The position numbers were made by a program, and so were the translations under genes. A DNA stretch of 64,000 bases. It comes from an uncultured Gemmatimonadales bacterium (GTDB lineage Bacteria; Gemmatimonadota; Gemmatimonadetes; Longimicrobiales; Longimicrobiaceae). Below are positions 38,545 through 49,365 of this stretch, piece after piece. The first letter of the stretch is position 1; each line of letters begins with the position of its first letter. The DNA lies in contig OY970303.1 in assembly GCA_963716255.1 (NCBI GenBank), positions 3,424,001 through 3,488,000 of the forward strand, read 5' to 3'. The notes beneath the pieces were generated by a model, which was not told the origin of the DNA, searched no databases, and worked only from the letters and a program-made list of their open reading frames with translations.

Positions 38545-38710
38545 GCGGGCCGCTCCGGAGCCGGACGATACTGCCGTCCGTCTCCTGCGCGGGCTCCGGG
38601 AGCCCCACGGAACTGCTGTGGGTCTCCCTGCGCACGGGGGAAGCCTCGCCAAACTGCCGGCGAGTCTTCCCCCGTACAGATTTTGGGAACTGTGGGGAAC
38701 GGCGACGGCG
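38545..38710 (+). repeat. Triple-hairpin intergenic repeat family C copy
   Basis: Aligns with 18145-18312 and the reverse complement of 14423-14586. Confidence 0.85.
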
Positions 38711-38863
38711 CGCGTCGGCCGGCTTGCCTGCGTCGCCGGGGAGGCTCAGATTGCGGCGGGCCGCACCTGCGTCCTCCTGCCTTCCCGTATGTGGCGGCCG
38801 CGCTCCTTCCCTCCCGAGGTGACCTTGCCCGGAACCGGTCCACGCTCCCGCTCCCGAACACGC

Positions 38864-39670
38864 ATGGTGATCCTCGGCGCGGTCGGCCTCCTGCTCCTGG
38901 CGGGCGTCGCGCTGTTCGTGCGCCAGAGGCCCTCGCACGCGCGCGCCTGGCGGCCCGAGCAGGCGGTGCTGCCGCACGTCACCTTCCAGGACAGCCTGGT
39001 GCACGTGGGCAACGTGCGCGACTTCACCTTCCGCACGGCCGAGGACTTCACGCCGGGGTACCGCGACCGCACCTACGACCTGCGCAAGCTGGAGCGGGTC
39101 TGGTTCGTCCTGTCGCCCTTCAACCCGGACTGGCGCGGGCCCGCGCACAGCTTCGTGTCCTTCAGCTTCTCGGACTCGCAGTACGTCAGCATCTCGGTGG
39201 AGGCGCGCCGCGAGGCGGACGAGATCTACACGCCGCTGGGGGGCGCGCTGCGGCGCTACGAGCTGATCTACGTGGTCGGCGAGGAGCGCGACGTCATCGG
39301 GCTGCGCGCGGTGACCTGGAACGACCCCGTGTACCTGTACCCGGTGCGGGCCACCCCCGAGCAGGCCCGCGAGCTGTTCGTGCGCATGATGCGGCGCGCG
39401 CAGGCGCTGGAGCGGCGGCCCGAGTTCTACAACACCTTCCTCAACAACTGCACCACCAACATCCTGGACCCGGTGGACGAGATCGCCCCCGGCAGGATCC
39501 CGTTCGGCTGGGAGGTGGTCCTCCCCGGCTACTCGGACGGGCTCGCCCACGAGCGCGGCCTGCTGGACACGGAGCTGCCGCTGGAGGAGGCGCGCAGGAA
39601 GTTCCGGATCAACGAGCGCGCGCAGGCGGCCGTCGGGGACCCGGCGTTCTCCGCCCGCATCCGCGCGTAG
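38864..39670 (+). CDS. DUF4105 (Lnb N-terminal-like) protein
   Basis: NVRDF, AHSFVSFSF, SVEARRE, FYNTFLNNCTT, LPGYSD; start uncertain. Confidence 0.85.
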   Translation: MVILGAVGLLLLAGVALFVRQRPSHARAWRPEQAVLPHVTFQDSLVHVGNVRDFTFRTAEDFTPGYRDRTYDLRKLERVWFVLSPFNPDWRGPAHSFVSFSFSDSQYVSISVEARREADEIYTPLGGALRRYELIYVVGEERDVIGLRAVTWNDPVYLYPVRATPEQARELFVRMMRRAQALERRPEFYNTFLNNCTTNILDPVDEIAPGRIPFGWEVVLPGYSDGLAHERGLLDTELPLEEARRKFRINERAQAAVGDPAFSARIRA

Positions 39671-39688
39671 ACCCGCACCCGCACCCCC

Positions 39689-40486
39689 ATGGACACGCCC
39701 ATCCCCCGGCCGGCCGCGGCGGACGCGCCCGCCGGCGATTCCGCCGGGCCCCGGCTCTACGGCGAGCTGGCGGCGTGGTGGCCGCTGATGTCCTCCCCGG
39801 ACGAGTACGTGGAGGAGGCCGCGTTCTACGGACGGGCGCTCGTGGATGCCTGCGAGCTGCCGCCGCGCACCTGCCTGGAGCTGGGGAGCGGCGGGGGCAA
39901 CAACGCGTCGCACCTCAAGGCGCGCTTCGCCATGACGCTGGTGGAGCCCTCGCCGGGGATGCTGGAGGTGAGCCGCCGCCTGAACCCGGAGTGCGAGCAC
40001 GTGCGCGGCGACATGCGGACCGTGCGGCTGGGCCGCCGCTTCGACTGCGTGTTCGTGCACGACGCGGTGGCGTACATGACCACCGAGGCGGACGTGCGCG
40101 CGGCCATCGAGACCGCCTGGGCGCACTGCGGGCCGGGCGGCGCGGCGCTCTTCGCCCCGGACCACGTCCGCGAGAACTTCCGGCCCTCCACCGACTGCGG
40201 CGGAAACGACGGCGGGGACGGCCGGGGGCTGCGCTACCTGGAGTGGACGTGGGACCCCGACCCGGCGGACAGCACCTACACGGTGGACTACGCGTACCTG
40301 CTGCGGGAGGCGGACGGCTCGGTGCGCGCCGTGCACGACCGGCACGTGGAAGGCCTGTTCGCCCGCGCGGACTGGCTGCGCTGGCTGTCCCAGGCGGGGT
40401 TCCGCCCGGCCGTGGTCCCCTTCGACCACTCGGAGCTGGAGCCCGGCGCGTACGAAGTCTTCGTGGCGACGAAGCCGCGCGAGTGA
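39689..40486 (+). CDS. Class I SAM-dependent methyltransferase
   Basis: LELGSGGG, GDMR, FDCVFVHDA. Confidence 0.9.
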   Translation: MDTPIPRPAAADAPAGDSAGPRLYGELAAWWPLMSSPDEYVEEAAFYGRALVDACELPPRTCLELGSGGGNNASHLKARFAMTLVEPSPGMLEVSRRLNPECEHVRGDMRTVRLGRRFDCVFVHDAVAYMTTEADVRAAIETAWAHCGPGGAALFAPDHVRENFRPSTDCGGNDGGDGRGLRYLEWTWDPDPADSTYTVDYAYLLREADGSVRAVHDRHVEGLFARADWLRWLSQAGFRPAVVPFDHSELEPGAYEVFVATKPRE

Positions 40487-40583
40487 CCTGCCCGCGGCGC
40501 CGGGTGCCGCGGGTGGACCTCGCGGGCCGGAAGCGCGGTACACCCTACCGTCCGCCGTGGTCTCCTCTTGCCCGATCCCGGTC

Positions 40584-41384
40584 ATGCGCACGCTCCCCGC
40601 TCTCGCGCTCCTCGCCCTCGCCACGTCTGTGCCGGCAGCGGCACAGGCCATTGCCGTGCCGGTCCGCTGCCACGGCGACTGCCCGCCGCCCGGCCGGATG
40701 CCGCGGATCCTCACGCTGGACTCGGTACAGGTCTCCGCCACCGTGGAGGACCGCGGCGCAACCACCTACGTGAGCCACGTCTTCCGGCACGGGACGGCGG
40801 GCAGCATCGACGCCGCGTTCTTCTTTCCGCTCCCGGACGATGCCATCCTCACCACGGTGTCGGTCTACGAGGGCAGCGAGCTGGAGGTGTACAACGACTG
40901 GAGCCGGCCGGAGGAGGCGCGCTGGATCCTGGACGGCATCGCGCGCGAGCGGCCGGGCTCCGGGCTGGAGGCGTACGCGGGGCAGCGGCTGGTGCACGTC
41001 CACCTGCCGTCCGTCCCGCCCGGCGGCACGCAGCGCGTCCAGGTGGGCTACTCGCAGCCGGCCCGCGCGGAGGGCGCGGCTCGCGGCTATCGCTACCCAC
41101 TCTCGGTGGGCGCCGCCGCCGCCCCCTTCCGCGCGCTGGACCTGGTCTTGGTGGTGCGCACCGGGGTGGGGTTTGGGGACCTGCGCTCGCCCAGCCACGA
41201 CGTGGACGTGCAGGCGGGCACGGAGCTGGGCCGCTGCCCTCCGCAGTCGCGCTGCGGCACCATGTCCGTCCCGTCGCACCGCGTGAAGGTGGTGAGGCTG
41301 AAGCGCGGGGGCGACGTCCGGGCGCGGGACTTCGAGCTGGTCTACACCCCGCTGGAAGGGAGCGCGCCGCCCGGACCCCGGTGA
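40584..41384 (+). CDS. Secreted VIT-domain protein
   Basis: Signal peptide; ATTYVSHVF, FFFPLPDDA, GLEAYAGQRL, VGYSQ, YRYPL, SPSH. Confidence 0.7.
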   Translation: MRTLPALALLALATSVPAAAQAIAVPVRCHGDCPPPGRMPRILTLDSVQVSATVEDRGATTYVSHVFRHGTAGSIDAAFFFPLPDDAILTTVSVYEGSELEVYNDWSRPEEARWILDGIARERPGSGLEAYAGQRLVHVHLPSVPPGGTQRVQVGYSQPARAEGAARGYRYPLSVGAAAAPFRALDLVLVVRTGVGFGDLRSPSHDVDVQAGTELGRCPPQSRCGTMSVPSHRVKVVRLKRGGDVRARDFELVYTPLEGSAPPGPR

Positions 41385-41416
41385 ATCCCCGCCGCGCCCC
41401 CGTCGCCGCCCCGGCG

Positions 41417-41872
41417 ATGGCTTCCCTGCCCATGCCACCCGGATCTCCATTGATCTCCACCCAGGTCTCGCGCGCGAGCGCCGTTCTCCTCCTCGCCGGG
41501 GGGCTCGTGCTGCTGTTCGCGCCGGACGTCGTCCTGCCGCGCCTCGTTCCCGGCTTCCCGGCGGGGGGCGAATGGCTGGGGCAGCTCCTCGCCGCCGCGC
41601 TGCTGGCCCTGGCGGCGCTCGACTGGCTCAGCCGCGCGGTGCTGCTCGGCGGGATCTACGGGCGCCCCGTGGTCCTCGCCAACGCGGCGTTCTACTTCGT
41701 CGCGGCGATGGCGCTGCTCAGGCACGCCGTGGGACGCGACGTGCCCGCGGCGTTCTGGGTCGTGGCCGTTCCCGTGGCGCTGCTCGCCGGGGTGTACGGC
41801 TGGCTGCTCCTTCGCGGCCCCGCGGAGCGCGACCTCCAGGCCTACCGCAGATCGCAGCTCGGGGAGCCGTGA
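41417..41872 (+). CDS. Hypothetical 4-TM membrane protein
   Basis: LLFAP, GGIYGRPVVLAN; alternative coupled GTG at 41381. Confidence 0.7.
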   Translation: MASLPMPPGSPLISTQVSRASAVLLLAGGLVLLFAPDVVLPRLVPGFPAGGEWLGQLLAAALLALAALDWLSRAVLLGGIYGRPVVLANAAFYFVAAMALLRHAVGRDVPAAFWVVAVPVALLAGVYGWLLLRGPAERDLQAYRRSQLGEP

Positions 41873-41975
41873 GGATGGACCGTGCGGAACCGAGCGTGAA
41901 CGCGCCCGGACGGGCGCCGGGAGCGGATCTTCTGTCGAGGCTGTTCGCTGCCCGGCCGCAGACGCGGAGTGGCAG

Positions 41976-42182
41976 ATGAGCGAGATCGTATTCGAGGTCT
42001 CCGACGCTGCGGAAGGCGGTTATACCGCCCTGGCACGGGGAGCATCGATTTACACCGACGCGGACACCTTTCCCGGGCTGCGCGAGGCAGTTCGGGACGC
42101 GGTGCGCTGCCACTTCCAGGAGGGGGAGGGACCGGCATTCATCCGGCTCCGCTATGTCCGCGTGGAAGTGATCGCCATGTGA
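41976..42182 (+). CDS. HicB-like small protein
   Basis: EIVFEV..AAEGGYTA.A.G.SIYTDADT...LREAVRDAVRCHF pattern. Confidence 0.7.
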   Translation: MSEIVFEVSDAAEGGYTALARGASIYTDADTFPGLREAVRDAVRCHFQEGEGPAFIRLRYVRVEVIAM

Positions 42183-42307
42183 GCCCCGCCCGTCCGCGGC
42201 AGCTCCACGGCGGCGGTCGCCGTGTCGGTTGTTGCGCCGCGCGGTCCCGCACACCATCCTGCACCGTAGAGCGCTCGTCGGAACCCGCGTCCACAGGATC
42301 AACACCC

Positions 42308-43492
42308 ATGCACGCCTCGTCCATGTCCCGGCTCCGCGGCCTCGCCGCCGCCGGCCTTCCCCTGCTTCTCGCCCTCCAGCCGGCCGCCGCCTCCGCGCAG
42401 GGATCGCCCCTGTCCGGGGCGTACGTCGTCCGCCTGGGGAGCGACACCATCGCGGTGGAGGAGCTCACCCGCACGGCGAGCTCCATCCGGGGCCGCCAGG
42501 TGGTCCGCGTCCCGCGCACGCAGCTCCGCGAGTACAGCGGCACCCTGCGGCCCGATGGAACCCTGTCGCGCTTTTCGGTCGCCTTCCGGGCCCCCGGCGA
42601 CGCGCAGCCCGCCTTTCGCGGCGAGGTGGAGTTCGGCGCGGACAGCGCCACGGTGCGGGTGATGCGCGGCGACAGCACCCAGACCTTCCGCGTGGCGGCG
42701 GCGGCGGGCGCCATCCCGCTGGTGGCCTACTCGGTGGCGCTGTACGAGGTGCCGCTGGCGCGGGCGGTGGGGGCGCGGCTGGACAGCCTGCGCGTGGCGC
42801 TGGTCCCCGTGGGGAACAGCGCCGCGGTGCCGTCGCTGGTGCGGCGGACGGGGAGCGGCCGGTACACCGTCACCAACATCGCCGGGACCAACCAGGTGCG
42901 CGTGGACGCGCAGGGGCGGCTGCTGGCGTGGGACGGGACCGCCTCCACGCTCAAGGTGGTCACGGAGCGCGCCGCGCGGGTGCCGCTGGACTCGCTGGCG
43001 GCGGCGTTCGCGGCGCGCGACCAGGCGGGGCGCGGCTTCGGGCAGGCGTCGCCGCGCGACTCGCTGTCGGCGCGCGTGGGCGGCGCCACCGTGTCCGTGA
43101 ACTACGGGCGCCCGTCGCTGCGCGGCCGGCCCACGGCGCAGCTCCTCCCCCCCGGCCAGGTGTGGCGCACCGGCGCCAACCAGGCCACCCACTTCCGCAC
43201 CGACCGCGACCTGGTGATCGGCGGGGCGCGCGTGCCCGCCGGCACCTACACCCTGTGGACCGTCCCCGGCCCCACGGAGTGGACGCTGATCCTCAACCGG
43301 CAGACCGGGCAGTGGGGAACCGTGTACGACGCGGCGCAGGACCTGGTGCGCGTCCCCATGAAGGTGGAGCGCGCGGCGCAGCCGGCGGAAACCTTCGCCA
43401 TCGCGGTGGAGCCGCAGGGCACGGGCGCCGTGCTTGCGCTCACCTGGGCCGACATCCGCGCCACGGTCCCCGTCGTGCTCGCGGGAAGCTGA
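42308..43492 (+). CDS. DUF2911 domain secreted protein
   Basis: Signal peptide; ASPRD, VNYGRP, VWRTGANQAT, VPAGTYTLWTVP, QWG. Confidence 0.88.
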   Translation: MHASSMSRLRGLAAAGLPLLLALQPAAASAQGSPLSGAYVVRLGSDTIAVEELTRTASSIRGRQVVRVPRTQLREYSGTLRPDGTLSRFSVAFRAPGDAQPAFRGEVEFGADSATVRVMRGDSTQTFRVAAAAGAIPLVAYSVALYEVPLARAVGARLDSLRVALVPVGNSAAVPSLVRRTGSGRYTVTNIAGTNQVRVDAQGRLLAWDGTASTLKVVTERAARVPLDSLAAAFAARDQAGRGFGQASPRDSLSARVGGATVSVNYGRPSLRGRPTAQLLPPGQVWRTGANQATHFRTDRDLVIGGARVPAGTYTLWTVPGPTEWTLILNRQTGQWGTVYDAAQDLVRVPMKVERAAQPAETFAIAVEPQGTGAVLALTWADIRATVPVVLAGS

Positions 43493-43524
43493 CCCCCGGG
43501 GACGGGCCGGCGGCAAAGCTGGAT

Positions 43525-43570
43525 ACAAGGCGAGGGCGCCCGCGGAGATCCGCGGGCGCCCTCGCCTTGT
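43525..43570. terminator. Long perfect hairpin between convergent genes
   Basis: ACAAGGCGAGGGCGCCCGCGGA-GA-TCCGCGGGCGCCCTCGCCTTGT. Confidence 0.7.
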
Positions 43571-43590
43571 CCGGGTCACGCACCGGAGCC

Positions 43591-43718
43591 TGCGTGAGGG
43601 ATGCGAGCGCGAAGCGGCGAGACCCGGCGGCAGTTTGCCGGGGCTCGCCTCCGTTACGCACGGTTGTATCGTGCGTTACGGAGCCGCAGCCCGACCCCGC
43701 GCCAGCGGGGGCACGCCC
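43591..43718 (-). repeat. Structured intergenic repeat family A copy (subtype 2)
   Basis: Reverse complement closely matches 46435-46560. Confidence 0.9.
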
Positions 43719-43736
43719 GCACCCTGCCGTTCACCA

Positions 43737-45328
<1,592 letters not shown>

Positions 45329-45329
<1 letters not shown>

Positions 45330-46387
45330 CACCCGCCTCCGCACATCTCGGCGAGCGCCGGGGCGATTCGCCCCAGCGCCAGGCTGCGCTCCGCGTGGGG
45401 GCGCGCCGCCCGCGGCATCCCGTCGATCACCGCCGTTTCCGCGCTCTCCACCAGCGCCCGCCCCCCGGCGCGGCGGATGCGGGCCAGCCCCTCGGCCCCG
45501 TCGCTCCCCATCCCGGTGAGCACCACCCCCACCGCGCGCGCCCCCGCCGCCTCCGCCACCGAGGAGAACAGCAGGTCCACCGAGGGGCGGTGCAGCCGCT
45601 CGCCCGCGTCGTCCCACACCCGCACCCGCAGCCCGCCGTCGTCGCGGACCACCGTCATCTGCCGCCCGCCGGGAGCCACCAGCGCCTCGTCCGGCAGGAC
45701 CGCGTCGCCGTCGCGCGCCTCGCGCACCCGGATCACGGAGCGCTGGTCCAGCCGCTCCGCCAGCGTCGCCGTGAAGCCCGGCGGGATGTGCTGCGCCACC
45801 ACGACGCCCGCGCCCAGCCCCAGCGGCAGGGCGGGGATCACCTCGGTCAGCGCCCGCGGCCCCCCGGTGGACGCGCCGATGGCGATCACGTCGTAGGCGC
45901 CGGTCGATGCCACCGCGGCGCCCGGGACCTCCACGACGGCGGCGGGCGCGGCGACCATGCGCGGGGCGGGAGGGGGCAGGTGGGCGCTCCTGAGCACCGC
46001 GCGCACCTTGTCGCGGATCACGGGGGCCAGCCCGTGGATGTCCATGACCGTTCCCGCGTCCGTCTTGTCCACGAAGTCCACCGCCCCCGCCTCCAGGGCG
46101 CGCAGCGTCACCTCCGCCCCCTCGCGCGTCATGGAGCTGAGCAGGAGGACGGGGGTGGGCCGCTCGGACATGATCCGCTCCAGCGCCTGCATCCCGTCCA
46201 TCCCGGGCATGTTGAGGTCCATGATGACCAGGTCCGGCTGCAGTTCGTGCACCAGCCGCAGCGCCTCCTCTCCGTTGGCGGCGTAGCCCGCCACCTCCAC
46301 CCCCTCCAGGGGCTCCAGCATCCGCTCCGTGGCGCGGCGCACGAAGGCGCTGTCGTCCACCAGCAGCACGCGGGCGCGACGTGTCAT
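45329..46387 (-). CDS. cheB: Chemotaxis methylesterase
   Basis: REC domain; GASTGGP, QHIP, RPSVD, LTGMGSDG. Confidence 0.95.
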
Positions 46388-46434
46388 GACGACGACCGGA
46401 CCGAAAAGGCAACGGCGACGGCAACCGCGGGGGC

Positions 46435-46560
46435 GGGCGTGCCCCCGGCTGCGCCGGGGTCGGGCTGCGGCTCCGTAACGCACGAAACAACCGTGCGTAA
46501 CGGAGGCGAGCCCCGCAAACCGCGCGGGTCTCGCCGCTTCGCGCTCGCATCCCTCACGCG
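46435..46560 (+). repeat. Structured intergenic repeat family A copy (subtype 2) between cheR and cheB, followed by a family B palindrome
   Basis: GGGCGTG...ATCCCTCACGCG scaffold. Confidence 0.9.
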
Positions 46561-46711
46561 GGCACCCTGCTGGCGTCCGCGGGAGGCCCCCTCCCCCCGG
46601 CCCCCTCCCCCTTGCGGGGAGGGGCCGGGGGAGGGGGTCGCCGTTGCCGGCTGTTCCCTCTTCCCTGTGGCGCTTCACGCTGCGCGTGAACTGATGGAAC
46701 CCTGTTCCCTC

Positions 46712-47557
46712 TCACCCTTCCTCCTCGGGCCGGCGGTAGAAGATCGCCCCGGGGCGGCGCTCCACCCGCAGGGGAACGGCGACGCGGCGCAGCGTTTCCG
46801 CGTGGCCCAGGAAGAGGAACCCCCCGGACGGGAGGACGCGGTACAGCCCTTCGGCGGCGCGGCGCAGCGCCTCGTCCCCGAAGTAGATGAGCACGTTGCG
46901 GCAGAGCACCACGTGCTGCGGGGCCAGGGACTGCCACCAGCCGTCGTCCACCAGGTTGGCGCGGCGGAACTCCACGCCGGCGCGCAGCTCGGGGCGCACC
47001 TCCCAGCGCGCGTCGCCGTCCGCGCGGAACCAGCGCTCCCGGAACTCCGGGTCCGTGCCGCGGAAGGCGTGCTCCGTGTACACGCCGGCGCGGGCGCGCT
47101 CCAGCGCGGCGGGGTCCAGGTCCACCCCGGTGATCTTCACCTTTCCCGGGGCGAACAGGCCGGTGTCCCGCACCACCGTGGCCAGGGTGTACACCTCCTC
47201 CCCGGCGGCGCACGCCGCGCTCAGGATGCGCAGCTCCCCGGCCGGCCCCAGCCGCTCGCGCAGGGCGGGGAGCACCTCGCCGCGCAGCGCCGCCAGCGTC
47301 CCCCGCTCCCGGCAGAAGTAGCTCTCGTTGTTGGTGAGGTGCGGCACCAGCCGCTCCCGCTCCGCGTCGCGCTCCGGGTGGAACTTGACCCGGAAGAGCA
47401 GGTCCTCGAACGTCGCCAGCCCCAGCGCCGAGCGGCGCGGCTCCAGCCGGTTGCGCAGCGTGTCGCGGCGCTCCGGCCCGAACTGCAGGCCGAACTCCTC
47501 GGCCAGCCACTCCGACCAGAGGCGGAACTCCTCCTGCGTGAGCGTGGGACCCGTCAT
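46712..47557 (-). CDS. cheR: Chemotaxis methyltransferase
   Basis: TNNESYFCRE, SAACAAGEE, CRNVLIYF, LGHAE. Confidence 0.95.
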   Translation of the reverse strand: MTGPTLTQEEFRLWSEWLAEEFGLQFGPERRDTLRNRLEPRRSALGLATFEDLLFRVKFHPERDAERERLVPHLTNNESYFCRERGTLAALRGEVLPALRERLGPAGELRILSAACAAGEEVYTLATVVRDTGLFAPGKVKITGVDLDPAALERARAGVYTEHAFRGTDPEFRERWFRADGDARWEVRPELRAGVEFRRANLVDDGWWQSLAPQHVVLCRNVLIYFGDEALRRAAEGLYRVLPSGGFLFLGHAETLRRVAVPLRVERRPGAIFYRRPEEEG

Positions 47558-49365
47558 CCCTCTCCCAGCGCCTCCGCCGCGGCCTGGCGCACCAGCGGGT
47601 CGGGGTCCGCGTCGCGGGCGGCGCGGAGAGCGCTTCCTTCTCCCCCCGCGTCCAGTCGCGCCAGCGCGCGCACGGCGCTCAGGCGAATGCGCCAGTCCGG
47701 GTCGTGGAGGGCGCCCGCCAGCCGCTCCGCGGCCGCCGGGGGCGCCACCCGGCGGAAGGCCTCCGCGGCGGCGCGGCGCAGCTCGCGGTCCTCCGAGTCC
47801 AGGCGCGCCTCCACCGCCGCCGCCCCGCCCGCGTCCCCCAGCTCTCCCAGCGCCCGCAGGGCGGCCGCCTGCAGGGCGGCGTCGCCTTCCGCCAGCGCCG
47901 CCAGCAGCGGGGCCAGCGCGGCGGGGGAGCGCGTCTCCCCCAGCGCGCGTACCGCGGCGAAGCGCACCGACGCGTCCGGCGAGCGGGCGAGCTGGGCCAG
48001 GCGCAGGGCGGCCTCCGGGCCGCCCACCGCCCCCAGCGCCGCCAGCTGCGCCGCGCGCGCCGCGGGGTCCTGCTCGCGCTCCAGCGCCGCGGCGATGCGC
48101 GGTCCCACCTCCGGTGCCGGGCAGCGGGCCACCCCCTCCGCAGCCGCGGCGCGCACCGCCGGGTCCGCGTCGGAAAGCAGCGCCGCCAGGCGGTCGCAGT
48201 CCCCGCCGGGGAAGCGGCCCAGGGCCAGGGTCGCCCCCAGGCGCAGCGCCGGGTCCGCCAGCACGGCCAGCGCGAGCTCGCGCGCGCCCGCCTCGTCCGC
48301 GGCACGGGCAAGGGCGTCGGCGGCCTCGGCGCGCACCTCGTCGTCCGCGTGGCGCAGGAAGGGGAGCACCGCCTCCGCCGCGGCCCGGTCCGGCAGGCGC
48401 GGCAGGGCGGCCAGCAGGGCGCAGGGCTCGCCCTGGCCGCGGGCCAGGCGGGGGAGCAGCTCCGCCAGCGCCACCTCGTCGGGGACCAGCCGCAGCCCCG
48501 CCTCCCCCGCGAAGCGCCGCTCCGGGTCCGCCAGCGCGTCCGCCAGCGCGGCGGCGGCGGCGGGGGTCCCGGCGGCGCCCAGCAGGCGGGCGGCGCCGCG
48601 GTCGCCGTCCGCGGCGAAGCGGCGCGCCAGCTCCGCCAGCTCCGCGCGGGCGGCCTCCCGCAGCCACTCCGGCGGCTCCCCGGGGAGCGCCGCCAGGAGG
48701 AGCCCGGCGGCCTCCAGGGCGGCCAGCCTGCCGTCCGCCGTCGCCGCCGGCGCGCGCAGCGCCTCCAGTCCCGCCGGGTCGCCGATCTCGCCGATCGCCT
48801 CCGCGGCGGCGGGCCCCACCGCCGGGTCGCGGGCCGCTTCCGCCAGCGCCGGGAGGGCCCGCGGGTCGCGGAGCCGCCCCATCGCCACCGCCGCCGCGAT
48901 CCGCGTCCACGGGTCGCCGCCTCCGAGCGCCGCCGCCAGCGCGTCCAGGGCGCGCGGGTCGCCCAGCGAGCCCAGCGCGTCCGCCGCCGCCGCCGCCACG
49001 TTGGGCTCCGGGTCCGCCAGCGCCCGCTCCAGCGGGGCGCGCGCCTCCGGGTTGGCGGCCTCGCCCAGCGCGGAGGCCGCCAGCACCCGCACGTCGCCGT
49101 CCGGCTCGGCGGTCGCCAGGCGGCCCAGCAGCGCCAGGGCCCCGCCGGGGGCGCCGGGCGCGGCCAGCGCCGCCAGCAGCGAGCGCGCCGCGTTGCGGCG
49201 CTCCGCGTCGCCGCCGTCGCGCAGCGCCGCCTCCAGCTCCGGGAGGAGCGCCTCCGGGCGGGCGACCGCGCGCACCTCCTCCAGGGCGCGCTCCCGCTCC
49301 CACGCCGAATCGCCGCTCACCGCCGCCAGCAGCGCGCCCGCGTCCGGGCCGGGGCGCTCAGACAC
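47554..49365 (-). CDS. HEAT-repeat (PBS-lyase-like) protein
   Basis: Many DxDxxVRxAAAxALG units. Confidence 0.9.
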   Translation of the reverse strand: MSERPGPDAGALLAAVSGDSAWERERALEEVRAVARPEALLPELEAALRDGGDAERRNAARSLLAALAAPGAPGGALALLGRLATAEPDGDVRVLAASALGEAANPEARAPLERALADPEPNVAAAAADALGSLGDPRALDALAAALGGGDPWTRIAAAVAMGRLRDPRALPALAEAARDPAVGPAAAEAIGEIGDPAGLEALRAPAATADGRLAALEAAGLLLAALPGEPPEWLREAARAELAELARRFAADGDRGAARLLGAAGTPAAAAALADALADPERRFAGEAGLRLVPDEVALAELLPRLARGQGEPCALLAALPRLPDRAAAEAVLPFLRHADDEVRAEAADALARAADEAGARELALAVLADPALRLGATLALGRFPGGDCDRLAALLSDADPAVRAAAAEGVARCPAPEVGPRIAAALEREQDPAARAAQLAALGAVGGPEAALRLAQLARSPDASVRFAAVRALGETRSPAALAPLLAALAEGDAALQAAALRALGELGDAGGAAAVEARLDSEDRELRRAAAEAFRRVAPPAAAERLAGALHDPDWRIRLSAVRALARLDAGGEGSALRAARDADPDPLVRQAAAEALGEG

